DNA of 64,000 bases from Mobula hypostoma (lineage: Eukaryota). Numbering within the stretch: the first letter of the stretch is position 1; each line of letters opens with the position of its first letter. The position numbers and the translations under genes are program-made. The notes under the pieces are model-generated. The model was not told the DNA's origin and did no database searches. It worked only from the letters and a program-made list of their open reading frames with translations. This document shows, one piece after another, positions 24,940 to 39,600 of the stretch. The DNA lies in contig NC_086097.1 of NCBI RefSeq assembly GCF_963921235.1, positions 64,854,001-64,918,000 on the forward strand. The letters run 5' to 3'.

Positions 24940-25415
24940 ACATTTTTTAATTTGTCAAGTTTGTCACGTGAACAAAGTCACTGGAGAGAAGTATTGGTAG
25001 ACATGAAGCAGTCTCTTCATTGGACAAAATGAGACACCGCAGGCATCATACTGAGATCTTTCAAAGGAGGAAGGTCTGTCTGACCCAAAGCTACCCGACA
25101 TTTTATATCAATGGGCAATTCCATATTTATAATGCATCCACAATGCCTTCTTTGAACTACACACAAACTTCACAGCTCCTGCTTTGCACACAGACCACAG
25201 ATATCTAAATAAATTTTAATCAGCATTGTCTGGTCTTCCCATTAACTGTGATTCATGGCTTTTAGAAGTCCATTGTTCAGAACTGCTTTTTTAAATTTAA
25301 TCTACAATCTATATTCAGATTTGAAGAATTGTAGGTGAAGTTATTTGCTATATGTGCTAACCCCAAAACACCCTAAAACAAAAGAAATGCCAATGAGAAT
25401 AGAGAAACTGGATTT

Positions 25416-25615
25416 AGAACATAGAACAGTACAACAAAGGAACAGGCCCTTTTGCCCACAATGTTGTGCCAAAACAATTAAATTAGAAAAAAATGGCCAA
25501 CTAAACGAATCTCTTCTGCCTACACCCTGTCCATATATTTCCATTTTGCCTATCATGTGCCTATTAATGTGCCTATCTGATTGTCTTTTAAAAGTCCTTA
25601 ATGTTTATGCCTCTT
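25416..25615 (-). mobile_element. CR1 3' UTR fragment
   Basis: agaacatagaacagtac..acaggcccttttgcccaca tail. Confidence 0.65.
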
Positions 25616-26670
25616 GATTTCTATCTCATTTGAAGGTCAGCATGTTGTAGTATATTGTACTCTCTCCAGTGAAATGAACAACAAGCTACCTCAACAAAAC
25701 TAAATGGTCCAGTGGATAAAATAGAAGAAAATGCTGAAGCTTTACATTATAAATAATTTTCATATGGCACATTTTTATAAGCTCTCAATAATCTGTATTG
25801 AGAGCCTGAATATTATCTGTCAAGTAATAATATAAATGATAAATAACACTCCGTTATCTTTGATGACTAGTAACATTTTACCTCTGATTACATAGAGCAG
25901 AAATCTCACACATTGTTCAAAACCTAGGCTATGTGTGTGTAACATAGCTTCAAGTAATTCCCATGCTGTTTTAACACAGCATAGTCCCTACTCTTTTCAA
26001 CAGTAGGGTGTTAAAATGAGAATCATAAAATCAAATTTAAAGAAATTATCAAAACAGGAAGATTCCTCAAGCTTTAGCTTGTAGGTAAATTAAATGTTTT
26101 TGAGAAGTAAAATATTTACTTCACTAAGACAGAAACAACCTGCAGTAAATAAGATCAAACACTTTGCCCTCTAAATATTGGTTTAGTAAAGAGTCAATAT
26201 TTGCTCAGGTCTATGTTCATGTGACAGCATGATAAAACTAACAACAACTCACATTCAAACTGGCTTTAGGTTTTCAAATCTATCTACGGAAATATAGCCT
26301 TGGTGCAAAGCTGAACTGACATTGGACACCAGTTGGTGATAATCAGGTATGAATGAAGAAATGAGTGTTATGGCCAACAAGGCCCTGATATTTGATACGT
26401 AAGCCACAACTGTGGTGCCTATTTAGGGTGGTCCTGATTCACCAGGAAGGGATGTTGTAGTGTAATTGCAGTTGTATTTTTTTTAGAATAGTATGAAATG
26501 GCTAGAATTGGTCTTGTGCACTAAAATGTTGAGAATGTTTTCTAATCAAGGCAAGCAATGGCAAGACAGGTGAAAGAAGATTTTTGATTTGAAATAATGT
26601 TTCGAAGTACTCAGGAATTAGCGCATTGACATGGTGAGATAGTGCCAGAAAAATACTTTGTCTAGTTAAC

Positions 26671-26909
26671 TGTTATGTTTTGTAACTCCAAAACAAAAAA
26701 CTAATTAAAAGAAAACCACAGAGCTGGGAATAACATGTGTACTCTAGTTTTGTTTTTTTTCTTTAGCAAGGTGTGCGCTTATGACGTGGTGGCATAATGA
26801 CGTATGCCATTTACGTACTTTTACATATAACCTGCAATGAATTATATAAATGAAGAATGCATAATTATCACACAATATATTTACAATATTACTCAAATAT
26901 TACTGAAAT
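26671..26909 (-). repeat. 3' LTR of Gypsy element
   Basis: tgttatgttttgtaactcca...caatattactcaaatattactgaa, shared with 31290-31504. Confidence 0.85.
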
Positions 26910-27913
26910 CAGTCGTCCCTGCTTAGCTACAAATTCTAACTCAACATAGTCAGCACCTTAAAATTAAATACTCAGAATAATATATGATATATAGATGTCC
27001 ACAGCATACTAAATTTTAAATTGGCCCACTCATGCCTAAAGATCACTGTGGAAGATTCTTACCCTTGTGTGATAATGTCTTTCCTGACAAAAGGGTCACT
27101 CTGCTTGGCAGGTGAGACTTGGCTATGAAACAATCTCAGGATCTGGAACCTCTTTCATGGTGGTTGCAAGGGTTGACTCTGGGATTGTAGGAAGTGGTTT
27201 TGATAGTTCTGGCCACTTTTGTTCTGGATGTGTTGGCATCCCAAACAGCGCATGGCAAGCTGCTCGATCTGCTGATCTATCCCAGGCCACCAGGCAAAGC
27301 TTTGAGCCAACGCTTTCATTTTGACCATTTCTCAAAGACTGACATGTAGCTCCTCCAACACTTTATCTCTCAGCTTGGATGGTGCAACAAGTGTCAATCC
27401 ACACATAAGGCAACCTCCTTCAAGGGCAAGTTCATCCTGGTGCTGGTAAAAATGGAGCAACTGGAATTTCTGCAGCACATTCGAACCATTTTGGGTTGCC
27501 ATATGGGCCTGAGACAGTATGAGGGTCTTTTCTAGATCCCCTTTGGATTTCCTCCGTTGAAATAGGGACACTTTCAATTTGCATTAGGAAGGATACATCA
27601 AGAGGAATGTCCTCTGCTGGAAAGTTTTCAGGTATTTCCTTTTCCAAGGATAAACAAACAATCCATTAGCATTTCCATGATTAGTCATCCTCTTGAATTC
27701 AATCTTATAATTGTGTCCTCCAAGAAAGAGAGCCCGTCCCTGCATTCATATTGTTGCATTTACCCTTCTATGGATTGAAAATGGACACCAGTAGTTGATG
27801 ATCAGCAGTGAGGGTAAACTCTCTCCATACTAATACTGCTTGAAATGTTTTACAGCCTAAACCAGATTCAACGCCTCTCTGACAATCTCGGCATAATTTT
27901 TCTCTGCAGCTGT

Positions 27914-28791
27914 AGTCACAGTCATAGTCATACTTTATTAATCCCGGGGGAAATTGGTTCTCGTTAGTTGCTCCATAAATAATAAATAGTAATAGAACCA
28001 TTAATAGTTAAATAGTAATATGTAAATTATGCCAGTAAATTATGAAATTAGTCCAGGACCAGCCTATTGGCTCAGGATGTCTGACCCTCCAAGGGAGGAG
28101 TTGTAAAGTTTGATAGCCACAGACAGGAATGACTTCCTATGACGCTCAGTGCTGCATCTCGGTGGAATGAGTCTCTGGCTGAATGTACTCCTGTGCCCAC
28201 CCAGTACATTATGTAGTGGATGGGAGACATTGACCAAGATGGCATGCAACTTAGACAGCATCCTCTTTTCAGATACCACCATGAGAGAGTCCAGTTCCAT
28301 CCCCACAACATCACTGGCGTTACGAATGAGTTTGTTGATTCTGTTGGTGTCTGCCACCCTCAGCCTGCTGCCCCAGCACACAACAGCAAACATGATAGCA
28401 CTGGCCACCACAGACTCGTAGAACATCCTCAGCATCGTCCGGCAGAAGTTAAAGGACCTCAGTCTCCTCAGGAAATAGAGACAGCTCTGACCCTTCTTGT
28501 AGACAGCCTCAGTGTCCTTTGACCAGTCCAGTTTATTGTCAATTCGTATCCCCAGGTATGTGTAATCCTCCACCATGTCCACACTGACCCCCTGGATGGA
28601 AACAAGGGTCACCGGTACCTTAGCTCTCCTCAGGTCTGCCACCAGCTCCTTAGTCTTTTTCACATTAAGCTGCAGATAATTCTGCTCACACCATGTGGCA
28701 AAGTTTCCTACCGTAGCCCTGTACCCAGCCTCATCTCCCTTGATGATGCATCCAACTATGGCAGAGTCATCCAAAAACTTCTGAAGATGAC
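27914..28791 (-). mobile_element. Rex1/Babar LINE 3' fragment nested in the Gypsy RNase H
   Basis: Open frame LQKFLDDSAIVG..LNVKKTKEL..YLG..RTMLRMFY..; (TAGTCA)n tail; Gypsy frame FASCTL|TAAEKNY rejoins across it. Confidence 0.9.
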
Positions 28792-31289
28792 AAGGGTACA
28801 TGATGCAAATGTTGTGGGGCGCTCATTTCCATCACATATAACATATGTCATGACTGCACCTATAACACAAGATGAAGCATCACAGGCAAGCTTCACTGGA
28901 CAATATGGATTATAATGGATGAGTACAGTGTCTACCATCACCATTACCTTTGCCTTTTTGAAAGCAACCTCACACCCATTTCTTTCCAGTCTGTAGTAAT
29001 GAGTTCAAGGTGTGGAGCACAGTAGCCAGGTTTGGCAGGAGCCGATTATAGTAATTGATAAATCCTAAAAAGGACCACAATTGTGACACATCCTTTGGTC
29101 TTGGGGCATCACACTGCTTGAATTTTCTCAGTACACTTGTGTAAATCTTGTGCACAAATGGTGTGACCACAGTAAGTGATGCTTGGTTTAATGACTTCAT
29201 ACTTGTCACATCATGTTCTGAGCCCATAATCTTACAATCATTTTAACACTGTCTTGGGATTTTGGAGATGTTCCTTTTCACCAGTAACAATGATGTCATC
29301 CAGGTAACTCTGAGTACCTGAGAAGTCTTGCAACAGCTGGTCCATTGCTCTCTTCCAGAGTGCAGATGCACATGTTACTCCAAAAATAAGCCTATTAGCC
29401 CTTTGTGAGTACTTATGGTGAGAAGCACTTTGGACTCTTCTTCTATCTCCATTTGTACGTAGGTCTCAAGTAAGTCCACTTTGCTGAAGTGTTTCCCTCC
29501 AGAAAGGTTTGCAAAGGTAAACTCCATCCAGGTCAGTGGTATCTGATCAACTTTCAGTACTGAGTTGATGGTGACCTTAAAATCAACACAGCTCCTGACA
29601 AAGCCATGCCTCTTGGCTACTGGCGCCACCAGCATTACCTATGGGTTCCATCCAAACTTGGAAAGAATTCCTTCAGCCTCCACGCAATCTAGCTCACTGA
29701 CTACTTTATCACAGATGGTATAAGGAACTGGATGGGCTTTGCAAAACTTGGGCATGGCATTTTCATTTAACACTATTTTACCATTGATATGTTCGTGTTT
29801 TCCAGTGCCATGCGTGAACATTGATGTGGATTGTCCAGTATGTTTCTCAATTTGCTTTTCAGTTGACTCCACTACAGGGTGTGTGGCATGCAAATGGTGG
29901 ATGGATCGCCAATCAATTTGTAGTTGGCTCAGCTAATCACATTCCCACAATGCTGGCCCTCCTATTTTTACCATATGCAAGCCCAATGTTGTTTGTTGAT
30001 TGTTGTATTTCATTGTTATGAATGTTATTCCCACAGGTGTTAACTTTTTTCCAGTACAAGTTCTTAGATGGATATCTGCAGGCTTCAATTCAGTATCTTC
30101 GAAACGCCATTCGAACTCGTCTTTTGTAATAGCTGAAACAGCCAAGCCGGTGTCCAATTCTATTTTAATTAATTTCCTATTCACTTCTAGTGTAAGCTAT
30201 TTTGCATATCTCCTGTTAGTTGTCAGAATGTGAATCTGAAAGCTGTTCAGTCCTGTGTCACTGTCATCATTATCAGATTTTTCAACAACAGCATGCAGAT
30301 TAGTGCTCTTTTTCAAATTGCAACTTGACTTTTTTTTTATCTTTTTCACTTCCCTATGCAGCCCATTTATTTTTGTTTGCCCAACATGCTCTTCATATGT
30401 GTCCTATTTTGTTGCATGTTCTTCCAGCTTTGTCTTTAAACCTGAAAGCGTCTGGTGTTTGTGAGCCCCTGCCACAATGGTAACACCATTTGCTCAGCCA
30501 GACCTGTTTCTGTTTGGACGCTGCAGTTTTGGTCATGCTCATTTTCACTCCTGACTGCAACTCAGTTGTGTCTCTGGTTACTTTTTCCATTGATACATCA
30601 ACGTCAACTGTTCTTTTAAATGTGAGTTAGTTCTGCTTCAGTTAAAAGCCATTTTTGAATGCTTTCTTGTAAGATTCCACAAACTAAACAATCTCTTGGT
30701 GCACCTTTGAGTCCATTACTGAACTGACAATGCTTGAACAATCTCTTCAATTTAGCCGCATAAGCTGAAATAGACTCCCCTTCCTTTTGATTCTGCTATT
30801 GAAACCTAAAGCATTCTGAAATCAACAATGGTTTTGGTTCTAAATGTTCCTGTATTACTTTTACAATATCAGCAAAGCTGATTTTGGCTGGTTTGGTTGG
30901 AGCAGTTAAACTTTAAGCAAACTGTAAGCTTTTCCATCAATTATACTCAGCAAAACTGACACAGTTATTCCATTTTCTTTAAAATACTGCTCAATTCCTT
31001 CAGTATACTGCGCATCAGCCAGTTAACTGTTGTACAACTGTTGAACGTGTCTATCTTTCTGATGTAGCCAGCTATGTCTGCTTTTTTTCTTTATGATTAC
31101 TCTCTGTTTATGAACCCGTGAATTTCATCCATTTTCTGCCTTTTTTTAAAAACTCGACCATCTCTGTCCTCTTCCAAAGAAACTTATGCTGCACTTTCTG
31201 TAAAAGCTCAAACACCTCACCTTGCAGAGAAAAAAATGTATTGCACTGCAACAGGTCTTGGGTTCATTTTAAAACTTACTTGGCACCAC

Positions 31290-31521
31290 TGTTACGTTTT
31301 GTAACTCCAGAAAATAACACTAATTGAGAGAAAAACACAGGAGCTAGGGATAACATGTGTATATTTAGTTTTACTTTAGTGAAGTGCATACTCATGATGT
31401 GGTGGTGTAATGACGTATGCCATTTATGTACTTCATACATATAACCCATAATGAATTATGTAAATCAAACAATACATTTACAATATTACTCAAATATTAC
31501 TGAAGTATTATATCCATAATA
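31290..31521 (-). repeat. 5' LTR of Gypsy element
   Basis: Direct repeat of 26671-26909; followed on minus by a PBS-like TGG. Confidence 0.85.
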
Positions 31522-31802
31522 ACTACCGCTTCCTCATGCAGGTCTGTATCTTCAGTCCCCCCAGATCTGTGTGGTTAACTTTTAGTTATCCTTTCTATAT
31601 ATTTTAGATGTGTGGTGGGATTTGGAACTAAGGTCTCTGTTAAATCTTCTACTCATCAGTTTCTTCTACTGATTGCAAAACTGAACAGTAGATCCAATCT
31701 AGTGTCAAATAGTCCTGGTGAACGTTTAGGAGCAGTGCCCTTCAGACTCTTTAAACAGTCTCAAGCATGTTATTTCTGCGTTTATTCTGAATTTGTTGTC
31801 AT

Positions 31803-32608
31803 ACAAACATAGAACACAATACAGGCCCTTCGGCCCACAAAGCTGTGCCAAACATGTCCTTACCTTAGAACTACCTAGGCTTACTCATAGCCCTCCATTT
31901 TTCCAAGCTCCATGTACCCATCCAGGAGTCTCTGAAAAGACCCTATCGTTTCTGCCTCCAGCACCGCCGCCAGCAGCCCATTCCACGCACTCACCACTCT
32001 CTGCGTAAAAAACTTACCCCTGACATCTCCTCTGTACCTACAAACGTTTGTACTTCCAAGCACCTTAAAACTATGCCCTCTCGTGCTAGCCATTTCAGCC
32101 CTGGGAGAAAACCTCTGACTATCCACACGATCAATGCCTCTCGTTATCTTATACACCTCTATCAGGTCTCCTCTCATCCTCCATTGCTCCAAGGAGAAAA
32201 GGCCGATTTCACTCAACCTATTCTCATAAGGTATGCTCCCCAATCCAGGCAACATCTTTGTAAATCCCTTCTGCACCTTTTCTATAGTTTCCACATCCTT
32301 CCTGTAGTGAGGCGACCAGAATTGAGCACAATACTCCAAGTGGGGCCTGACCAGGGTCCTATATAGCTGTAACATTACCTCTCAACTCTTAAACTTAATC
32401 CCACGATTGACGAAGGCCAATGCACCGTATGCTTTCGTAACCACAGAGTAACCTGCATAGCAGCTTTGAGTGTCCTATGGACTCGGACCCCAAGATCCCT
32501 CTGATCCTCCACACTGCCAAGGGTATTACCACTAATGCTATATTCTGCCATCATAGTTGACCTACCAAAATGAACCACCTCACACTTATCTGGGTTGAAC
32601 TCCATCTG
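31803..32608 (-). mobile_element. CR1 LINE 3' fragment
   Basis: QMEFNPDKCEVVHFGR, LYRTLVRPHLEYCAQFWSP, RGDLIEVYKI; 3' tail. Confidence 0.9.
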
Positions 32609-33109
32609 TCTTTTCAATCTTTTCTGTTTCTTGCAGCAGAAGTCTTCTGATGCTCTTGCAATGTCTTCTTTGCAACATTGACTCTGAAAAGAGACATCTT
32701 ATTGCACAAATATCCTCTTGAAGGTTATACATAATTTTCCTCATGCTTGTACATTTTATTGGAACAAGGCATTTTTTGTTATCCTTATTTATCTTTAAGA
32801 GTACAAACAATTTAATTATATTTGAAGACCATTCAAGAAATTAAAACTGTTCTGTTTATCTGGAAGTCACTGTTTCCCCCAAAATATTATTGGGAAGAAA
32901 TTTGATATTAATGGAAAAGTGAATTTGAATTGTGACACAGCACATTATTAACTTGGATCATTTTAATTCGGAGCAGAGTGCACATCAAATTGTTCCTTTT
33001 TTGTACTATTTACTTATTAATGTAATTTATAGATTTTAATGTCTTTGCATTGTACTGATGTCACAAACCAACAAATTTCAGTGTTATTAAAATAGAATTA
33101 ACACAGTTG

Positions 33110-33603
33110 GTCACCAGAAAATTCAGCTTTCTGCAGATGGAGCAAAGGTACTGAACAAAGTGGTCCGCCAATTTATGTTAGGTCTCACCATTGTAGAGGA
33201 GGCCACATGGGGAGCCGTGGATACAGTAGATGACCCCGACAGACTCGCAGGTGAAGTGTTGCCTCACCTGAAAGGACTGTTTGGGTCCCAGAGTGGAGGT
33301 GAGGGAGGAGGTGAATGGGCAGGTGTAGCACTTCAGGGATAAGTGCCAGGATGGAGATTAGTAGGGAGGGACAAATGGACAAGGGAATCATGGAGCAATC
33401 CCTGCAGCAAGCAGAGAATGTGAGAGAGGTAAAAATGTGTTTGGTGGTAGGGTCCTGTTGAAGATGGTGGAATCCCAGAGAACGATGCATTGGATGTGGA
33501 GGTTCATGGGGTGGTAAGTGAGGACAAGAGGAGTGGAAAGATTGGGTGAGCATGGATGTTTGGGAAATAGAGGAGATGCAGATGAGGGCAGTATCAATGG
33601 TGG
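33110..33603 (-). mobile_element. Penelope-like fragment (decayed)
   Basis: LVLTYHP, HLQQDPTTKHIF and GIY-YIG-region remnants. Confidence 0.8.
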
Positions 33604-36600
33604 ACTCAATCCCAACTATTTGTCATGATTGTCCAACCAAAACCATAAGCATAATTTATTGCCTTAGTATTTACTCAACTTCTATTCCTAACTGCAAATC
33701 AAGTTAACAATGTAATTTGGGAGCCAAATTATTCCTGCAAAATTATTTTTTTCTCCCAGCGCAAATTGTTGGTGACAAGATGTCACATGTGTCAACGTCT
33801 TTCATTTTTCTGATGACTGATACTCAGTGTTTGAAAAGGTATATCAAAATATGAAACTGACAGTTGTGAACTTATCTGTCCTTTAATTATACAGTTTGTT
33901 TTGCTTGGCCTTTTTGACATCAGAAGAATATGCTACAGTGTGCAAAGAAGTAAGTTGGATTGAGACTAAATAACAGACTCAAAGTCAATCACTGCAGCTA
34001 TGAGTTTGTTCAAGCTAATCAAGGTACTTCCTCCCCCCGGCAAAAAAAAATGGGCACAATATTTGCGTGTCAAGAGGTTTTAAACAATCTATTATTAAAA
34101 TAGAAATATTAAAATATAATTAGCCTGCTTCATGGATTCTGGATTTACCTTTGCTACAGGATAATCTTTATAGAATTATTAATATAAGTATTGACAGGAA
34201 AAGGCAGGATTCAAAGCCAACAATTATTAGGAAACAATGTAATTACCTCTAGTAACATCATAATAAGAACAACTATAATTTAAATTTCAAAAAAAACCCT
34301 AATCTTGAAAAGTAATCTATACCTAGGCTAGCTTGTTAAATACAGAGTAATAGAATATACTTCAATAACAAATTTAACTTTTATCACATTTACTACAGCA
34401 AAGTTCTTAAATCAGTAATGTGGCAGTTAACTGATTTAGACATTTGAGTTCTATAGTATTATCATTAACTGGTAAAGTACTTGTTTATCTTCCATTACAA
34501 TTTGTTCAGTTTTAAGCCATTAAGAAGAGGAGCATAATTGCTTCAAGCCTGGACCACTGCAGAAATCACTTCCTTGTTGACAGAAATGTTTCTCCTCGAC
34601 CTAAATGTCACAGATTTCTGATTTGTGCAGATCTGTTATGGACTCATCAGTTGATTTACTGCACCTGTCACCTGTGTGCTAGCATACTACTCAGGAGCAA
34701 TTTACATAACCTCATTTAATGGTTCACAAATCATGCCCATTAAGCCCAGCTAACAGGAGCTGAGGGTTCTAATTTACTCTGCCTTTCACAGCAGGAAATT
34801 GGGAGGCTGGAGTCTGTGGATAAAGAAGCAGGTCTTGGCTTTGATTGTTGATTGTGATGGTAAATGTATGGATGATTAGAACAGATTTTCACTTTATTGA
34901 TTTCCTGCCAAAATACAGCATGTTATAATGCATAAGGGGGCCATTTGCCAGCAATGTTAAAGTAACAGTTGTGTACTTATTCCAGCCCAAGATGATACTT
35001 GGCACAATATAAAATGACAAACATTCAAAATGCTAACAATATTTTGGAAGTGTGCATGAAAGTATAATAAATCTGTGTTTTGTTAGGTTGATTAATTCTA
35101 TGGTTGCAGTTATATTTTAATACTGATGACTTAATTAGTAAGACCTCTTACTGCCATTATGCAGCTCCATGTAGGCAGGCTTCCATATATAAATGGTTCT
35201 GCACCCAATGTATCAAGCATATCCCTGTTCCAAATCATATTGTAAAATGGTTGTTTTTACTAGGTAGTCCAATGTACGTAGGAATACCTTTTTAATCAGC
35301 TTCACCTCGACTGGAACTCTACACTGTAAGATGTCAAACTGGAATGCTCTTTAACAGAACTATTTGGGTTAAGGGTATGACTCAATGACATGCAAAAATG
35401 TCCAACAGCCCCAATAGGGTATCAGTTTACTATACTGGAGGCAGATAGGGTCCTGAAATGGGATGAATAACGAGGAGTAACAGAATAATTGCAACCAATG
35501 TTTTCTTCCTACAACAGTGTTATTTTTATGGCAATGCAATGCAGCAATTTGTTTACTTCAATAAATATTATGGATCTTAAATAATCTATAATTTTAGAGA
35601 AAAATGTTAATATTATCAATTTATGCTGACAATCTACAAAGGATGCTGCTGAAGAGCTAGAATTGTGTTTGTTAACATATCCAACAGAAAAAAAAGTGAA
35701 GTAGCATTTTGTGAAGAAATTCTCAAACTTACTATTTTTAAAATAATAGCATATTCTCTATACTGTTTTAAAATGGTTAAAGCTAGAAGGGAACCAACAA
35801 TAGTGAGAAGTGCTCTATCAGTTTGACCACTGCTTCAGTTTGACTCACAATTACAGAATTATGTGAACTGCAATCATTAGACCTCTAAACTATTCACATA
35901 CCTCTTATAGGATGATTGGATTTCCCTTTTGAATGAAATGCTTTTATTTGTAAATCCTTTAAACTTTCCTTGATATTAAGGTATTGTCACACATGATGAA
36001 TTATTGTAAGCATGTCACCACATAGTGGAAGTCAAGTATAATTGAATGATACTCAGTCAGAATTAGATTTGGCATGATATTCTAAAAAAAGGCTCAATTC
36101 AGAGTTTCCACTTGCTTCTGCTAAACTTGTCACTTGTAGGTGCTAGAGTGCTTGTTGTGTTAGTTTAATTAGTCAACAAATTGTTCGCCACTTGATTGCA
36201 TGGTTGATCACATTCTGGATGGAGATATTAAGAGTGACAAGAGTCTCTTACACAGTGAACTAAAAAGATAAAGCTCTTCTATATTGCTTCATTTGGCACT
36301 GCAAATGTTTATTAGATCATGTGCCCTGCGTGCCTAAAAATGAGAGGCAAGAAAAAAAATCTGCAGAACTTGCACTCATCTGAGTCTAAAAAGGTCACCA
36401 AGCAATTGGTGTGTAAGGAGTGTAAATAAGATAAGTGTTTGCTTCTATGATGCCTTAGAAATTCATTATTTGCGACAGTTGCTCCAGATATCCCTTTGAG
36501 CTTTTTCACTTAAGGAGAATTTATGGCAAGACAGAGTGGTTCTTGAAAGTACTATGGCAACTGGAGTTGAACACTTATCCTACAGGCTCCTAGATAGACA

Positions 36601-39600
36601 AGAATAGCGTACAAATTGCCTGTATTTGTATTCAAATTTTAAAAAAGATGCAGGCAAAGATGCTTAAATGTTCAATGAAACAGATAAGTTTACCTCAACA
36701 GAAATGCCATAGTTAATTTACTGTCACTTTCTGTTTTGCTGGAACGAATTACTATGTTAATAAAACTCTGTCGAGCTGATGAATGAGATTCATCGAGTCA
36801 GGCATCACAAAAGGACTTCTCTATTCATGTTTTGGCAAGACTTAACAACAAAAGGGAGTGGATCCTTTTCATGTTATCGTTTTTCAAAAGTATCTGAGAA
36901 TGAGCTCACAGTGCCTCTGCTAAGACATGGATTTTGTTTTTGCCATTCTTCTCCTAAATTAGATGGAAGGTCTTCACTAGTGACAATGTCTGCTGCGGAC
37001 AGAGTTTATGAACTAGCTTAAATTACTTTTAAGATTTCTTACAATATTTTCAACAAGTCTTTGTCTAAATTTAAAATATGCAATGTTTAATATACAGATG
37101 TATGAATATACATATAAAATGCAATATATTTAGTTATGGTTACCCAAAGGTTATGCATCTATTGACATCTGGATCTTATTGAAGTGGGATATTGGTAGGG
37201 TATTTCTATGTAGATTCCAGCTGTAAAATCTCTTTAAACACGGTGGGAATTTTTGTACCCCAAAGACTGCATTATTTTTTGAAATTTTATCATATTCTGT
37301 TTGACATTTATTGTTTGAGAACGAGATAGATTAATTTCATTGACGTGCATTCATTAAAATAAAAAATATCTATTTCTTTTTAAATCACCAATGATCTGTG
37401 ATCAATGGTGAAAGATTATTCTGGGAAATTTTCTTACATTTGACTTTTATCAAAAACATTAGAAGATCTTTGCAAAGCTGCCTTAATATTGTCTCATCTT
37501 ACGATAAACTCTCCATTTTCCCCCCTTTTGAGAGTTGGCAATGGAAAAAAAATAAACTGTCACTCATTTTCCTTCTGCAGTTTGATAGCCAGACGCTGCC
37601 AGTTGTTGCTAGGGTAGTCATGCTGTTAAATTAGGTCTAATGAACAAGTAATTGCTTTATATATAGTGAACAGTTTCAAAGAAAACAAGGATTCTAATTG
37701 ATTTGCAATTTGTTTGGCACGTTGCATTGTCTAGTATACTATTGATTAGTCTTCTGTATTTCACACTGCATGTGTTTCCCTTTATTAAGAGAATAACAGG
37801 TTACTGATTACTTTCCTCCTGGGTTTAATGTAGCGGTTAATGTCTACTTTGTTCCTGTGTCATGTTGCAGGGCAGACACAGATAATATGCAAGTGGGTGG
37901 CCCTTTGCTAGTAGAGTTCCCCACTGGTGTGAGCTGTGTATTCCATGGCATGTTGAAAGGAAAATCACTGAAAAGGGTTAGAATAGCAAGAGTCATAGTT
38001 TATGGCCTGTGCAAGACCAGTACAGGATTGCAAACTTAGCTTTTCACTTACGGTGTCAGTGCAAGCATCTTTTTAAAGTTAGCATATTCTGTTGACATAC
38101 ATTACAGGAAAGTGTCATAAAACACCAGAAGAAAATATTGCACTACATGGTTAAGCACATTCAGGACTATTCCTAAAATGTTAAACTTAAAGAAATGTTT
38201 AATAATCTTTATAATTTAAAAATGGCATTATGAAATTAGATATTTAAATTGTCAAATTATCACTATGACACAGAAATTATTTTCTAAACATTGTAAAAAT
38301 AGGACTTCTGGAATAAACTGCCTGTTGAATGCATAAAATTATTACTTTGTATTTCAAGTGCAGGAAATATGAATGAAAATAATTGTGCAGAATAATTACT
38401 ACCAAAATACAATGATTATATAAAGTAAACTGTAGTCTGTGAACACTGAATTGCATGTTAGCTAATTGTTAATTTTAGCAAATGCTACAGTTAATTACTG
38501 AGGCACACATTGACTATTAGCATGATGCCCCACCACCTGCTTTTTCTTATGAGCAGATTTCTTCATTGCTGGCAGCAGTGCAAGTGGTACAATTATTGAC
38601 TATCAGTGGGGCAATTTTTCAGCTATTCTTTTGTGTGAATTGAATAAAACATAATGGTATATTTTATAAGAGGGCAAATAGACATTTGTCACTGACAGGA
38701 GGTTCATATTTGAGGGATACAAAGTTATCATTGGGAGTGTCAATTCAAAGAAATGGGGCAAATTTGATACAATTAATATTCATTGTATAAATACAACAGT
38801 CAACTACAGTTCAGCAATATGCTAAGATTCATCTGAGGACCAGGAAAATAAACTTCCCAATCAAAATTAATTTTGAAAGGTATTTTAAGGTTAAAGTTGT
38901 ATTGTTTTGAAAATCAGCAACACCTACATAGAAAGCATCTATTAACAAGGACAGTAAATATTGCTGAACTGTATGTACACAAAATATGACCAGAAAACTT
39001 TCTCAAAAATCTAAAATCAAAAATGTATAAAACCTGTCATGTGGAAAAGCAGGCTGAGTTACACCAAGAGTTGAAGATTAAAAGATAAAGTCACAGATCT
39101 TGCATCTAAATTCAGGGAAGTATGCAAATTGTTTTGCATATTTCAGTGGATTTAGTCAGTTTAATTGACCAGAAAAAATCCAATAAGTCTACTCATGGGA
39201 ATGTAATACACACCAGTCATTGCATTCATACATGAAACCAAAGCAGCACAAGAGGTTTAGAATTCCTGATTTGTCAAACCTTCCTTGCCTTGTAGATAAG
39301 AAACCACTTATTAGCTACAGAATTGCCACATAGTTGATAACTGGGCAACTGCTTATCAGGTGCTTTGAAAAAAAATGGGAAACTATTTTTAAATATTAGT
39401 ATACAGTATTAGATAATGAAAGCTTATTCAATGAACACATCCACTATTTGTCATAGATAATAAAGACTGTTGACCTAAATTAATTTCAATAATGAGAGTA
39501 CAATGAGCAGCCTTAAATCAGGGAAAAAACATTGCACCCAAATATTATATAAACATTAATGCTTATTGAATATTGGAGTTTTACAAGGCTCTTAAACAAT

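Larger units (their letters stand above)
26671..31521 (-). mobile_element. Decayed Gypsy/Ty3 LTR retrotransposon with both LTRs
   Basis: Direct repeats 26671-26909 and 31290-31521; PBS-like TGGTGCCAAG after the 5' LTR; gag knuckle CYHCGR..CNKIGHI, protease ELDTG, RT VDFKVTIN..FSKVDL, RNase H LACDASS, integrase N-term LRDKVLEELH, in Gypsy order. Confidence 0.9.

Noticed and set aside
26667..31523. TAAC as the Gypsy TSD
   Set aside because: Present on both sides, but the right LTR end lacks a clear terminal CA, so the boundary is ambiguous
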